Source: an uncultured bacterium (GTDB lineage: Bacteria > Lernaellota > Lernaellaia > Lernaellales > Lernaellaceae). From it: a stretch of DNA of 43,346 nt. Below the pieces are notes generated by a model, which was not told the origin of the DNA, ran no database searches, and saw nothing but the letters and a program-made list of their open reading frames with translations. Position numbers and translations under genes: made by a program. Shown here in pieces: positions 1 through 7,699 of the stretch. The stretch lies in contig CAZHPN010000029.1 of NCBI GenBank assembly GCA_964534375.1, positions 1-43,346 on the forward strand, written 5' to 3'. Numbering within the stretch: position 1 is the first letter of the stretch; each line of letters starts with the position of its first letter.

Positions 1-7
1 AGGGGCA

Positions 8-35
8 GGAAATTTCGGCGGGCGCCGAAATTTCC
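8..35. repeat. Palindromic element copy 1: GGAAATTTCGGCG-gg-CGCCGAAATTTCC (13-bp arms, 2-bp spacer), with similar flanks to the copy at 333-355
   Basis: Read directly: the perfect inverted repeat with an AT-rich core contrasts with the GC-rich surroundings. A second, related copy lies about 325 bp downstream. Confidence 0.6.
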
Positions 36-332
36 GGGGAGAGGTCTGCGCGACCGACAAAGAGCGCAATTCTGCGCCATTTGAAGCATCGCCGCTCTTA
101 ATCCTAAAGCCTATGCCCCGCCACGGAGGAGGGCGAGCGGACGCCTTTGCGAACCCGGGATTCGAAGAGACGCCGCGCCGACCGCAACTTCGCCTCCCGC
201 CTTCTGAGCTTCTTGCAAGAATCACTTCTTGCATCTGCGAAAGGGAATTCGAGGATGATACGCAATAATTTGCTGGCCCGACACCGACTGCGGGTCCTCC
301 GCGTGCCCCCTCTCCGCGTCGGAGAGAGGCGG

Positions 333-355
333 AAAATTTCGGGAACCGAAATTTT
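333..355. repeat. Palindromic element copy 2: AAAATTTCGG-gaa-CCGAAATTTT. It is preceded by a short hairpin CTCTCCG-cgt-CGGAGAG (310-326).
   Basis: Read directly. It shares the TTTCGG..CCGAAATTT core and the G-rich flanks (GGC..GGAAA / TTTGGGGAGGGG) with copy 1. It lies about 170 bp upstream of the first CDS. Confidence 0.55.
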
Positions 356-525
356 TGGGGAGGGGCCGGCGCGACGAGTCGTGCATGATCCCGGTATTTA
401 TGCAAGAGGCTCTCCTGACTTCTCCGTTCTCCCTTCCGCCCTCTTTCGGGTTGACTCCCCCGCGCCGACTCGGCGATACTGCGTCGTCATTCAACCAACA
501 CACGAACCACGGCGAGGGCCAACAC

Positions 526-1797
526 ATGTTCGCGAAGAAAAACGGCAAGTTGCGGGTGGCGTGTTTCGGGTACAACGGCGCCAACAATACGGGTTCGGAA
601 GCGAAGCTGTTGAGCACGTTGACGACGCTGAAGAAAGTGGTCGGCGACCGGATCGGCGAACTGACGATCCTGACCATCAACGAGGAGAACCAACGGCGCT
701 ATCTGCAAGATTATCCAAACGCGAAAATGTTGGAAATCGGCCCGTGGATGACCTTCAAGAATCCGTCATTCATGATCAAAGGCGGGTTCGATCTGTTCCT
801 GCTGTCGGAAGGCTCGACCTTCATCGACCATTTCTCCTCGCTGTTTCTGATGATGTTCTGCGGCGCGGCGATGATCGAGAAAATCGAGGGCCACAAGGTC
901 GTCGCCTACAGCAACGACTGCGGCCACCTCAAACCGATGAACCAGCGCATCCTTCGCGAAACGCTGAACCGGATCGATTTGATCATGTTGCGCAACCCCG
1001 ACGCCGCGGCGCGGATGCGCGAATACGGCGTCACCAAAGACATTCACGTCACGGCGGACGGCGCCTACGAATACCCGCTGCCGCCGGCGGAATACCGCCA
1101 GAAACTCTTCGCCAAGCTGGGCCTGAAGCCGGGCCGCAAGCCGTTGATCGGCATTGCCCCCAAGGAATTTTTCTTCTGGCCGATCGACTTCCGCCCGTGG
1201 GGTCCGAAGGAAGACTTGTACCTGTATCCGTTTTATCACGTCTGGCAAAAGGGCGGTAAGGAAAGCAGCCAGCGGTACGTCGAGCAGTCCGCGCGGCACG
1301 CCGACTGGTGCGTCGAGACCTACGACGCCGACATCGTCCTGATTTCGATGGAGCATATGGATTATCCGCCGACCAAGCGCATCTACGACGCGATGAAGCA
1401 CAAGGATCGCGCCGTCATCGTTTCCAGCGACGAATATATCGTCGATGACATCATTTCGGTGCTGTCCATTTTGACGGCGCTGGTCACGACGCGGTACCAC
1501 GCCTGCGTGCTGTCGTCCTGCTCGGCCATCCCGATGATCGCGGTTTCGTCCGACACGCGGTGCGAGGCGGTGTTCCGCGAACTGGACATCATGGACATGT
1601 ACATCGACTACGTGAAGCACCCCGACCCGTTCCCCAAGATCGCCAACCTCGACGAGCAGTTGATCGAGATGACGCGGAATCTGATGAAGCGCAAGGCGGA
1701 CCTGAAGCGGCGCATCAAGGCGATGCACCCGCAGTTCGTCGAACGCGCGCAGCAAAACGAAAAGATCTTCGCCGATTGGTTCCGGGAGAATTTCTGA
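526..1797 (+). CDS. Polysaccharide pyruvyl transferase family protein (CsaB/WcaK-like)
   Basis: This is the long ORF at 355-1797. The likely start is the ATG at 526 (MFAKKNGKLRVACFGYNGANNTGSEA), which matches the N-terminal G-Y-x-G-x-x-N-x-G-[DS]-E-A pattern of PF04230-type enzymes. The C-terminal 'TRYHACVLSSCSAIPMIAV' resembles the conserved C-terminal motif of that family. The family assignment is from memory of its motifs. Confidence 0.55.
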   Translation: MFAKKNGKLRVACFGYNGANNTGSEAKLLSTLTTLKKVVGDRIGELTILTINEENQRRYLQDYPNAKMLEIGPWMTFKNPSFMIKGGFDLFLLSEGSTFIDHFSSLFLMMFCGAAMIEKIEGHKVVAYSNDCGHLKPMNQRILRETLNRIDLIMLRNPDAAARMREYGVTKDIHVTADGAYEYPLPPAEYRQKLFAKLGLKPGRKPLIGIAPKEFFFWPIDFRPWGPKEDLYLYPFYHVWQKGGKESSQRYVEQSARHADWCVETYDADIVLISMEHMDYPPTKRIYDAMKHKDRAVIVSSDEYIVDDIISVLSILTALVTTRYHACVLSSCSAIPMIAVSSDTRCEAVFRELDIMDMYIDYVKHPDPFPKIANLDEQLIEMTRNLMKRKADLKRRIKAMHPQFVERAQQNEKIFADWFRENF

Positions 1798-1849
1798 ACC
1801 GCTAGCCCGCGACAATGCGATGCGTCGTCGTGGGAAGGGGTTCTGGCCC

Positions 1850-2314
1850 ATGAGAATCATGAATTTCTATGTGGACACGTCCGTCGTGGGCGGCCTAGAG
1901 GATGAAGAATTTGCGGCGGACAGCCGCGCGTTGTGGCAGTGCTTCGAGGCCGGCAAACACCGCCTCGTCCTCTCCTTCCATACCCTTCGAGAGCTTCAAC
2001 AGGCGCCCGACGCGGTGCGGCGGCATGTGCGGGCGGTTCCCGAGCAGCACGTCATCGTCTTGGTCGAATCCAAGGAAGCGGAGGAACTCGCCCGGACATA
2101 CCTTCGGCGCGGAATCGTCGGTCCGGGCTCGTCCTCGGACGCGCTGCATGTCGCCCTGGCTACGGTTGGTCGCGTGGACGCGATGGTGAGCTGGAATTTC
2201 AAGCATATCGTGAACCTGGGCCGAATTCGGCTTTTCAACGCCGTCAACCTGGAGTTGGGTTATACTTTGATTGAGATCCGATCCCCTAAGGAGGTGATCG
2301 CTTATGAAGAATAA
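1850..2314 (+). CDS. PIN-domain protein (VapC-like putative toxin)
   Basis: The ORF runs 1820-2314. The ATG at 1850 is preceded by GGAAGGGG. The N-terminus 'MNFYVDTSVV' is a typical PIN beta-1 with the first acidic residue. Later acidic positions (DALHVALA, MVSWNFKHIVN) fit the PIN fold. Confidence 0.6.
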   Translation: MRIMNFYVDTSVVGGLEDEEFAADSRALWQCFEAGKHRLVLSFHTLRELQQAPDAVRRHVRAVPEQHVIVLVESKEAEELARTYLRRGIVGPGSSSDALHVALATVGRVDAMVSWNFKHIVNLGRIRLFNAVNLELGYTLIEIRSPKEVIAYEE

Positions 2315-2516
2315 AGCGTTCGACGCCGTCGGATTCATGCGCCGGCGGCGCAGCGAGATAGACCAGGAAGACGAGGGCCTCACTTGGGAAGAGAGGCGTG
2401 AAAAGACGCGGAAAATCCTGCAGGACGACGCCTTATTGCGCCGCTTGCGCCATCGAGCGATGCCCGAAGTCGGCCAGTCGTCCGCTGCCGAGGCCGCCGG
2501 AGCACATTCCTACTAA
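2304..2516 (+). CDS. Small (70 aa) charged protein that overlaps the 3' end of the PIN gene. It may be the partner/antitoxin of a toxin-first TA pair.
   Basis: A very strong SD (AAGGAGGTGA) lies 6-7 nt before the ATG at 2304. The gene overlaps the PIN CDS by 11 nt. The product 'MKNKAFDAVGFMRRRRSEIDQEDEGLTWEERREKTRKIL' is highly charged. Confidence 0.5.
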   Translation: MKNKAFDAVGFMRRRRSEIDQEDEGLTWEERREKTRKILQDDALLRRLRHRAMPEVGQSSAAEAAGAHSY

Positions 2517-2538
2517 CGTCAGATCGGCCCCGCGGCGA

Positions 2539-5031
2539 TCAAATCCGGCCGAACTCCGTCCGGCCGATGATCTCGTCCTGCAACGGCCGGCCGAGGTCCG
2601 TGAACAGCGCGGCGTAACCCGACACCCGCACCACGAGGTTCCGATATTTTTCCGGATGCGCCTGCGCGTCGCGCAGCATGCGGTTCGAGACCACGTTCGG
2701 CTGCAATTCCATGCCGCCCTCGGCGAAAAAGCCCTTGACCAGCGCGACCATTTTGTCGAGCCGTTCCTCGCCTTCGAAGAGGCTCGGCAGCAGTTTGATG
2801 TTGACCGCGCAGCCGTTCGAGATCAGGCGGTGATCGATCTTGGCGACCGACCGCAGCATGGCCGTCGGGCCGCGCCGCTCCGAGCCGTTGGCCGGCGAAA
2901 AGCTGTTGCTGACCGGTTCGCCGGAGCGCCGGCCGTCCGGCGTGGCGCCGACGAGCAGGCCGTCGAGCAGGTGCATGCCATAGGAGAAAAAGCTCGGGCG
3001 GAACGGCCCGCCGCGGATCGACCGCTGCGCCGCCACCTCGCGGCAGAAGAACTCCGCGACATCCCGCGCGATGGCGTCGGCGAAATCGTCGTCGCTGCCG
3101 TATTTCGGGGCTTTGGCGGCGAGCATCGCCCGTACGATCTCGCCGCCCTGGAAGTTGCCGGCGAGCAGGCCGAGCAAATGGCTCATCGAAATCGTGCGTT
3201 CGTCGTAGACGTAGCGTTTGATCGCCGCGAGCGAATCCACCGTGGTGCCGAAGCCGCGGGCGCTGAGCGAGGCGAAGTTGTACTTCGCGCCGCCTTGGGT
3301 CATGTCGCGCGCGTTCGCGACGCAGCCGGTCAGCGTCGCCGACACATACGGATTCGGAAACGCCTCACGGTACGCCTGGTCCTTGAGGTTGACCGCCAGC
3401 GCGACGATCTCGATCAGCCGGCGGACCTGGCGGCGAAACGCGTCCATGAATTCGGCGAACGTTGCGAATTGGCGCGGATCGCCGGTCGCCGGGCCGATGC
3501 GTTTGCCCATCACGCGCAGTTCGCCGTTGAGCAACGTCATTTCCAGTGCTGCCGCCAGCGACAGGTCGTTCCCCGACGTGCAGGCGAACGTGTCGCCGTC
3601 GCCCGTCGGCTCGACGCAGCCGATCACGCCGTAATTGCGCGCGTCGGCCAACGCGTAGCCGCAGTTTTGCAACGCCGGCACGGCCAAATCGTCGTTGAAC
3701 AGCGCCGCGCCGGACGTGCTGCGGTACACCGCCAGCGCCTGGCGCCAGAAAGCGGGCGGCGTCTGGCGCGACAGCCGGATCGTAAAGGTGTTGCCGAGGC
3801 CTTTCACGTTCGCGAAGGCGTCGAGGATGATGTAGGAAAGCTCGTTGACCGCGTCGCGGCCCCGTGCGTCGACGCCGCCGACGGTCGGCGCGCCGCTGTC
3901 CGCGCCCAGTTCGCTGCCCGTGCGTTTGGCGGCGTAGGGCAGCACGATCAGGCTGTACGAGAGCTTGATCAGCAATTCCTCGATCAATTCCCGCGCTTCG
4001 GCCGGCGTGATGCGGCCGGCGGCGAGATCCTTGGCGTAATAGGGATAGAGATATTGATCGAAGCGGCCGATCGCGAAAATCGCCGTCATGCCGTAGGCGA
4101 TCAGGCCGCCCACCTCGGTCAACCACAGCGCCTGCACCGCCTCGCGGAAGGTGCGCGGCGGCTGGAACGGCACGCGCCGGCAGATGGCCGCGGTTTCCAG
4201 CAAGTCGCGCCGGCGCGCGTCGTCCGTCGCGGCGGCGGCGACGCGTTCGGCCTCGTCGGCGACGCGTCCGGCGAATTCGCGAATGGCGTCGCACGACAGC
4301 ATGACGGCTTCGAGAAACGCGCGGCCGTCCGCGTCGTCGGCCGGCCGGCTCGCCAGGCGCCGCGCGGCGTGTTTCTTGACGCCGGCGAAGCCCGTTTTGA
4401 GGATATTGCGCAGGCCGAGGATCAAATGCCCCTGCACGTCGAACACGTTGGTGGCGAACGCCGGATTGTTGTAGGCCAGCTCCTCGAAGGCGCGCAGCGC
4501 GTACAGCGGCTTGACCTTTGGGATTTTGCTCAATTCGAGCATGCGGCCGACGTCCATCGCCCGCGCCATCTTGAGATAGTGCCGCGGCCGCACGGCGGCG
4601 CGAAGATACAGGCCGTTCTCCTTCCACAACTGGCGCTTGCGGTCGCGCAGGGTCTTGCCCCGCCAATAGGGCAGAATGCGGTCGCGCAATTCGCGCTCTT
4701 CCTCGGCGGTGATGCGATACGGCTGCGGCTCGCGATGGCGCAGAAAATCGAGATCCATGTCGAGCACGACATTCATATCGCCGCGCTCGACGGGGATCAC
4801 GCCGGCCACCAATTTGCTGGAGCGGTTGCCCAGAATTCGCTCTTCGTCAAGGATGTAGATCGTCATCTGCCGCAGCGTGTGCGCGAAGGCGAGGGCGGCG
4901 CGCTTCGCCGGGTGCTCGCCTTCCGTCTGCTGGAACGATTCGGTGTAATACCTCGCCCGTTCCAGGCAGATTTCATACGGGGCGGTCAGCACGCGATCTT
5001 TGTATCGTTGGTTGCGCGGGTGGATGGGCAT
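2539..5031 (-). CDS. Glycyl radical enzyme, Cys-x-Glu 'eliminase' class. It resembles the choline TMA-lyase, glycerol/propanediol dehydratase, isethionate sulfolyase and hydroxyproline dehydratase group. The substrate is unknown.
   Basis: It has the C-terminal glycyl radical motif 'RVSGYAALFTDLG' and the catalytic Cys loop 'GCVEPTGDG'. The size, about 830 aa, is typical of PFL-family enzymes. The chosen start is the Met of 'MPIHPRNQRYKDRVLTAPYEICLERARYY', preceded on the minus strand by GAGGGGGA. The longer ORF reaching 5301 is rejected because its extension is Arg/Pro-rich junk. Confidence 0.85.
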   Translation of the reverse strand: MPIHPRNQRYKDRVLTAPYEICLERARYYTESFQQTEGEHPAKRAALAFAHTLRQMTIYILDEERILGNRSSKLVAGVIPVERGDMNVVLDMDLDFLRHREPQPYRITAEEERELRDRILPYWRGKTLRDRKRQLWKENGLYLRAAVRPRHYLKMARAMDVGRMLELSKIPKVKPLYALRAFEELAYNNPAFATNVFDVQGHLILGLRNILKTGFAGVKKHAARRLASRPADDADGRAFLEAVMLSCDAIREFAGRVADEAERVAAAATDDARRRDLLETAAICRRVPFQPPRTFREAVQALWLTEVGGLIAYGMTAIFAIGRFDQYLYPYYAKDLAAGRITPAEARELIEELLIKLSYSLIVLPYAAKRTGSELGADSGAPTVGGVDARGRDAVNELSYIILDAFANVKGLGNTFTIRLSRQTPPAFWRQALAVYRSTSGAALFNDDLAVPALQNCGYALADARNYGVIGCVEPTGDGDTFACTSGNDLSLAAALEMTLLNGELRVMGKRIGPATGDPRQFATFAEFMDAFRRQVRRLIEIVALAVNLKDQAYREAFPNPYVSATLTGCVANARDMTQGGAKYNFASLSARGFGTTVDSLAAIKRYVYDERTISMSHLLGLLAGNFQGGEIVRAMLAAKAPKYGSDDDFADAIARDVAEFFCREVAAQRSIRGGPFRPSFFSYGMHLLDGLLVGATPDGRRSGEPVSNSFSPANGSERRGPTAMLRSVAKIDHRLISNGCAVNIKLLPSLFEGEERLDKMVALVKGFFAEGGMELQPNVVSNRMLRDAQAHPEKYRNLVVRVSGYAALFTDLGRPLQDEIIGRTEFGRI

Positions 5032-5149
5032 CGGCGTTCCCCCTCGGCAAGCGGGCCGGGTTGTCCGGCAAAACCAAAGCAAAACACTCAAGAATCCCCT
5101 GAACGGGTAGATTATGATCGCGGCCGCGGCAATACAAGGGCGCCGCCGC

Positions 5150-5440
5150 GGCTGCACAGGTGGATGAAAACAAAGAGTTTTTGTTGTGCGCTGCCGTGCG
5201 CCATCGGGCGCAATTCGCGCTCGGTGCGCTAAGTGCTTGAAAACAAAGACTTTGCGGGAGTGCTCGCGCAGACGGGTCGAAAAACGCGCGCGGCGGGACA
5301 TCTAAGTATGTGAAAACAAAGCGTTTGCGGGAGTGGCGGGAGTGTGCGGGAGTCGAGAAAAAGCACTCCCGCCGCCTAACTATTTGAAAATACTGGGAAA
5401 ATACAGATTTGGCGGGAGTGGCGGGAGTGTTTCCCTATGC
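5150..5440. repeat. Degenerate tandem repeat array with a 73-bp period. Units begin near 5155, 5228, 5301 and 5373 with TGAAAACAAAG(nn)TTTG (a CAAAG-nn-CTTTG mini-palindrome). They are followed by 1-3 copies of GCGGGAGTG.
   Basis: Read directly. TGAAAACAAAG occurs at 5155, 5228 and 5301, exactly 73 bp apart. TTTGAAAATAC occurs at 5373. GCGGGAGTG occurs at 5244, 5318, 5327, 5337 (variant), 5402 and 5411. Confidence 0.7.
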
Positions 5441-5490
5441 TGGGCTTAAGGAAAAAAATGAAGTTAACAATAGTGTAAAGCCGTGCGGAA

Positions 5491-5517
5491 GGGGCGGAAA
5501 CACTCCCGCCACTCCCG
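5491..5517. repeat. An inverted triple copy (CACTCCCGC x3) of the GCGGGAGTG motif, closing the repeat array. With the 5401-5419 copies it can form a long-range stem.
   Basis: Read directly: CACTCCCGCCACTCCCGCCACTCCCGC is the reverse complement of GCGGGAGTGGCGGGAGTGGCGGGAGTG. Confidence 0.7.
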
Positions 5518-6376
5518 CCACTCCCGCAAAACCCGCCGCGGTGACGCCCCGCGTACGCGTTAACTGATTGCACGCACCCGGTCGCACCATTGCCCATCGA
5601 CGCAGGTCTCGTCGCCAGCATTTTTTCGGTCGTCCGACGCAGAATGGCGAATGGCGAATAAAGACATGGCGACGCCCCTCGAATTTCTCCATTTTCCACT
5701 ATCCCTTCTCCATTCCGGTTTTCGCTCCTCTCGAACGTTGGCTTGGCGCGGAGGGAGGACGGCCAGATAGGGACCTGCCGTCGGGGAAGCGCATCTTTTC
5801 ATCGACTCCGCTCGTCCCCAAAACGGCGTCTGGCGGGCGGGCCCCGGGTCTCACCGATTTCCAGCGCTTCACATTTAACTCACATAAACAAATTGCAACG
5901 ACGAAACCGAGCCATCGAAGATTTCGCTCGCGGTTGCACGGCCGCGGCCTGCGGAAAATTTTCCAGCGACCCGCGCGGTCTCGCAATGTTGGCCGTGTTT
6001 GGCCGTAAATCGGCGGAAATTGGCCAATGGGCCGGCGCGCCCGCGGGCCGCCGCCCGGCCGGCCGCGTAAAATCGCAATACTGGCGCGGTCAAATATCAC
6101 TTTTCGAACATCACCGCCAACTTGGCACGATTATTTCATACACATTTCTCGCCGTCAGAAAAAAGTTCGAAAAGTCGAAAAGTACGGTATTGCATTGTAT
6201 TGTTTGGGGATGATGGGCGCAGGCGACACGAACTCGTTCGGGTCCTTTCGGTAACACGCGTCGCCTTCGAGAACAGACAAGCAGCAGCAGTGCGCGTCCG
6301 CGCGCCGGCGACCATTTTGCGGTCGCAGCGCAAACGACGCCGGGCGAAACACTGTCGAATGGCCGAGGGGGAAACC

Positions 6377-6898
6377 ATGGCGCGCAAGCAATCCAGAGAC
6401 CAAAGCACTGAGAAAAATGTCGGATTAGGCAATATTTTCCATAGCTTAGGCGGGTTCATCGACTTGCTGTCCGACCTGGCGGAGCAGGGCGGCGAATTCA
6501 AACGCTCCGGCGAAACCAGCAACGACAAAGACGGCGTCAAGGCCGTTTACGGCTTCTCGGTGCGCCTCGGCGGCGGCGGCGGCAAGCCGGTCGTCGAACC
6601 GTTCGGCAACGTGAAACGCGAGGGCCAAAAAGCGGTCGTCGACGATACGCGCGAGCCGATGGTGGACGTGTTCGACGAGGGCGATCATTACCGCATCGTC
6701 GCCGAACTGCCGGGCGTGACCGCCGAAGATATTCACTACGAGCTTCGTGACGATATCCTCAATCTGCGCGCGGCGCACGGCGAGAAAAAATATCGCAAAG
6801 AGATTCTGCTGCCGGCGCCGGTCGCAGCGGAGCGCATCAAGTCGTCGTACCGCAACGGCGTGCTGGAGCTCAAAGCGCCCAAAGGCAAAACGTCGTAA
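6377..6898 (+). CDS. Hsp20/alpha-crystallin family protein (GvpH-like small heat-shock protein)
   Basis: The alpha-crystallin domain reads 'MVDVFDEGDHYRIVAELPGVTAEDIHYELRDDILNLRAAHGEKKYRKEILLPAPVAAERIKSSYRNGVLELKAPK'. The start is the ATG at 6377, after GAGGGGGAAACC. The gene lies at the edge of the gas-vesicle region. Confidence 0.75.
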   Translation: MARKQSRDQSTEKNVGLGNIFHSLGGFIDLLSDLAEQGGEFKRSGETSNDKDGVKAVYGFSVRLGGGGGKPVVEPFGNVKREGQKAVVDDTREPMVDVFDEGDHYRIVAELPGVTAEDIHYELRDDILNLRAAHGEKKYRKEILLPAPVAAERIKSSYRNGVLELKAPKGKTS

Positions 6899-6954
6899 CC
6901 GAGAGCGCGGGCGCTCGGTCGCCGGCGCCGCCGTCCGACAGGGGGAGAGGCCGC

Positions 6955-7290
6955 ATGCAAACCATTCTCACGCTGGAAGACCTCATTCACGCGATGACCA
7001 ATTCGTTGAGCGTCATCTCGGGCCATTCCCAGCACCTGCTCACCAAAGAGGCGATCGCCGGCAAAGAGCGGGAAGACCTGGTGGTCATTCGCGAACAAGC
7101 CGAGCGCGCTGTGAATCTGCTCGAACTGGTGCCGCGCGATGTCGTCAAACGGCGCGTCGGCGCCGCGGCCGCCGCGGCCGCCGCGGCGCAAGCGGCCGGC
7201 GCGCCGGCCGACGGGGGACTCAATCGCGGTCGGCGGGCCGACGACGTGCGCCTCGCCGCCCAGGAAGGAGTGCGCAGTGAAACGGAGTAA
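6955..7290 (+). CDS. Small protein with a HisKA-like dimerisation/phospho-acceptor helix and no ATPase domain
   Basis: A GGGGGAGAGG SD precedes the ATG at 6955. 'LEDLIHAMTNSLSVISGHSQHLL' resembles an H-box (the E-x-x-H-x-x-x-N/S-x-L pattern). The C-terminal half is poly-Ala and low-complexity. It overlaps the following receiver gene. Confidence 0.4.
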   Translation: MQTILTLEDLIHAMTNSLSVISGHSQHLLTKEAIAGKEREDLVVIREQAERAVNLLELVPRDVVKRRVGAAAAAAAAAQAAGAPADGGLNRGRRADDVRLAAQEGVRSETE

Positions 7291-7699
7291 GAAACCGGGG
7301 CCGGACGTGATGGTCATGGTGGTGGACGACGAACCCTACATCTGCCGCTTTTTCGAGCGGGTCCTCGGCGACGAAGGCTATCGCGTCGTCACGACCACCA
7401 GCGGCCGGCGGGCGCTGACGCTCGCGACCGAGGTGCAGCCGGACCTCGTGCTGCTGGATATCGTCATGCCCGATCTCGACGGCGTGTCGACATTGCGCGG
7501 TCTGCGCACGGGCGGGTACCAGGGACCGGTGATCATGGTGACGGGCATGGGGACGATGCAGACGGCGCGCGAGGCCATGCTGCTCGAAGCGTATCAATAC
7601 ATCACCAAACCGTTCGACCTGGCGTTCGTGCGGTCGATCATTCGGGAAGTCGTGCGCGACTTTGCCGGCCGGCGGAAGGAAGTCGCGTGCGCACTCTGA
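7277..7699 (+). CDS. Single-domain response regulator (CheY-like receiver)
   Basis: The receiver motifs are 'VMVVDDEPYICRF', 'DLVLLDIVMPDLDG' (phospho-Asp) and 'ITKPF'. A GTG at 7277 is preceded by AGGAAGGAG; the ATG at 7310 is an alternative start. Confidence 0.7.
   Translation: MKRSKKPGPDVMVMVVDDEPYICRFFERVLGDEGYRVVTTTSGRRALTLATEVQPDLVLLDIVMPDLDGVSTLRGLRTGGYQGPVIMVTGMGTMQTAREAMLLEAYQYITKPFDLAFVRSIIREVVRDFAGRRKEVACAL

Noticed and set aside
147-1259. A 370-aa ORF on the plus strand overlapping the pyruvyl-transferase gene
   Set aside because: It is in an alternative frame of the motif-bearing 526-1797 gene and its product is low-complexity and Arg-rich.
3365-4666. A 433-aa ORF on the minus strand and other ORFs nested in the glycyl radical enzyme gene (2398-5232 plus strand, 944 aa)
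   Set aside because: They overlap the glycyl radical enzyme gene in other frames or on the other strand. Their translations are repetitive Arg/Gly/Pro strings.
5034-5215. A sigma-54-like -24/-12 element for the glycyl radical enzyme on the minus strand (reverse complement of about 5181-5200, TGGCGC-acggc-AGCGC)
   Set aside because: The GC of the -12 element is displaced by one position and the rest is a poor match, so it is not reportable.
5150-5520. Possible CRISPR array, suggested by the regular short repeats
   Set aside because: The conserved parts are only 9-11 nt and occur in variable copy number per unit. The 73-bp unit is mostly similar between copies rather than holding unique spacers. 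The array ends in an inverted copy. There are no cas genes nearby.
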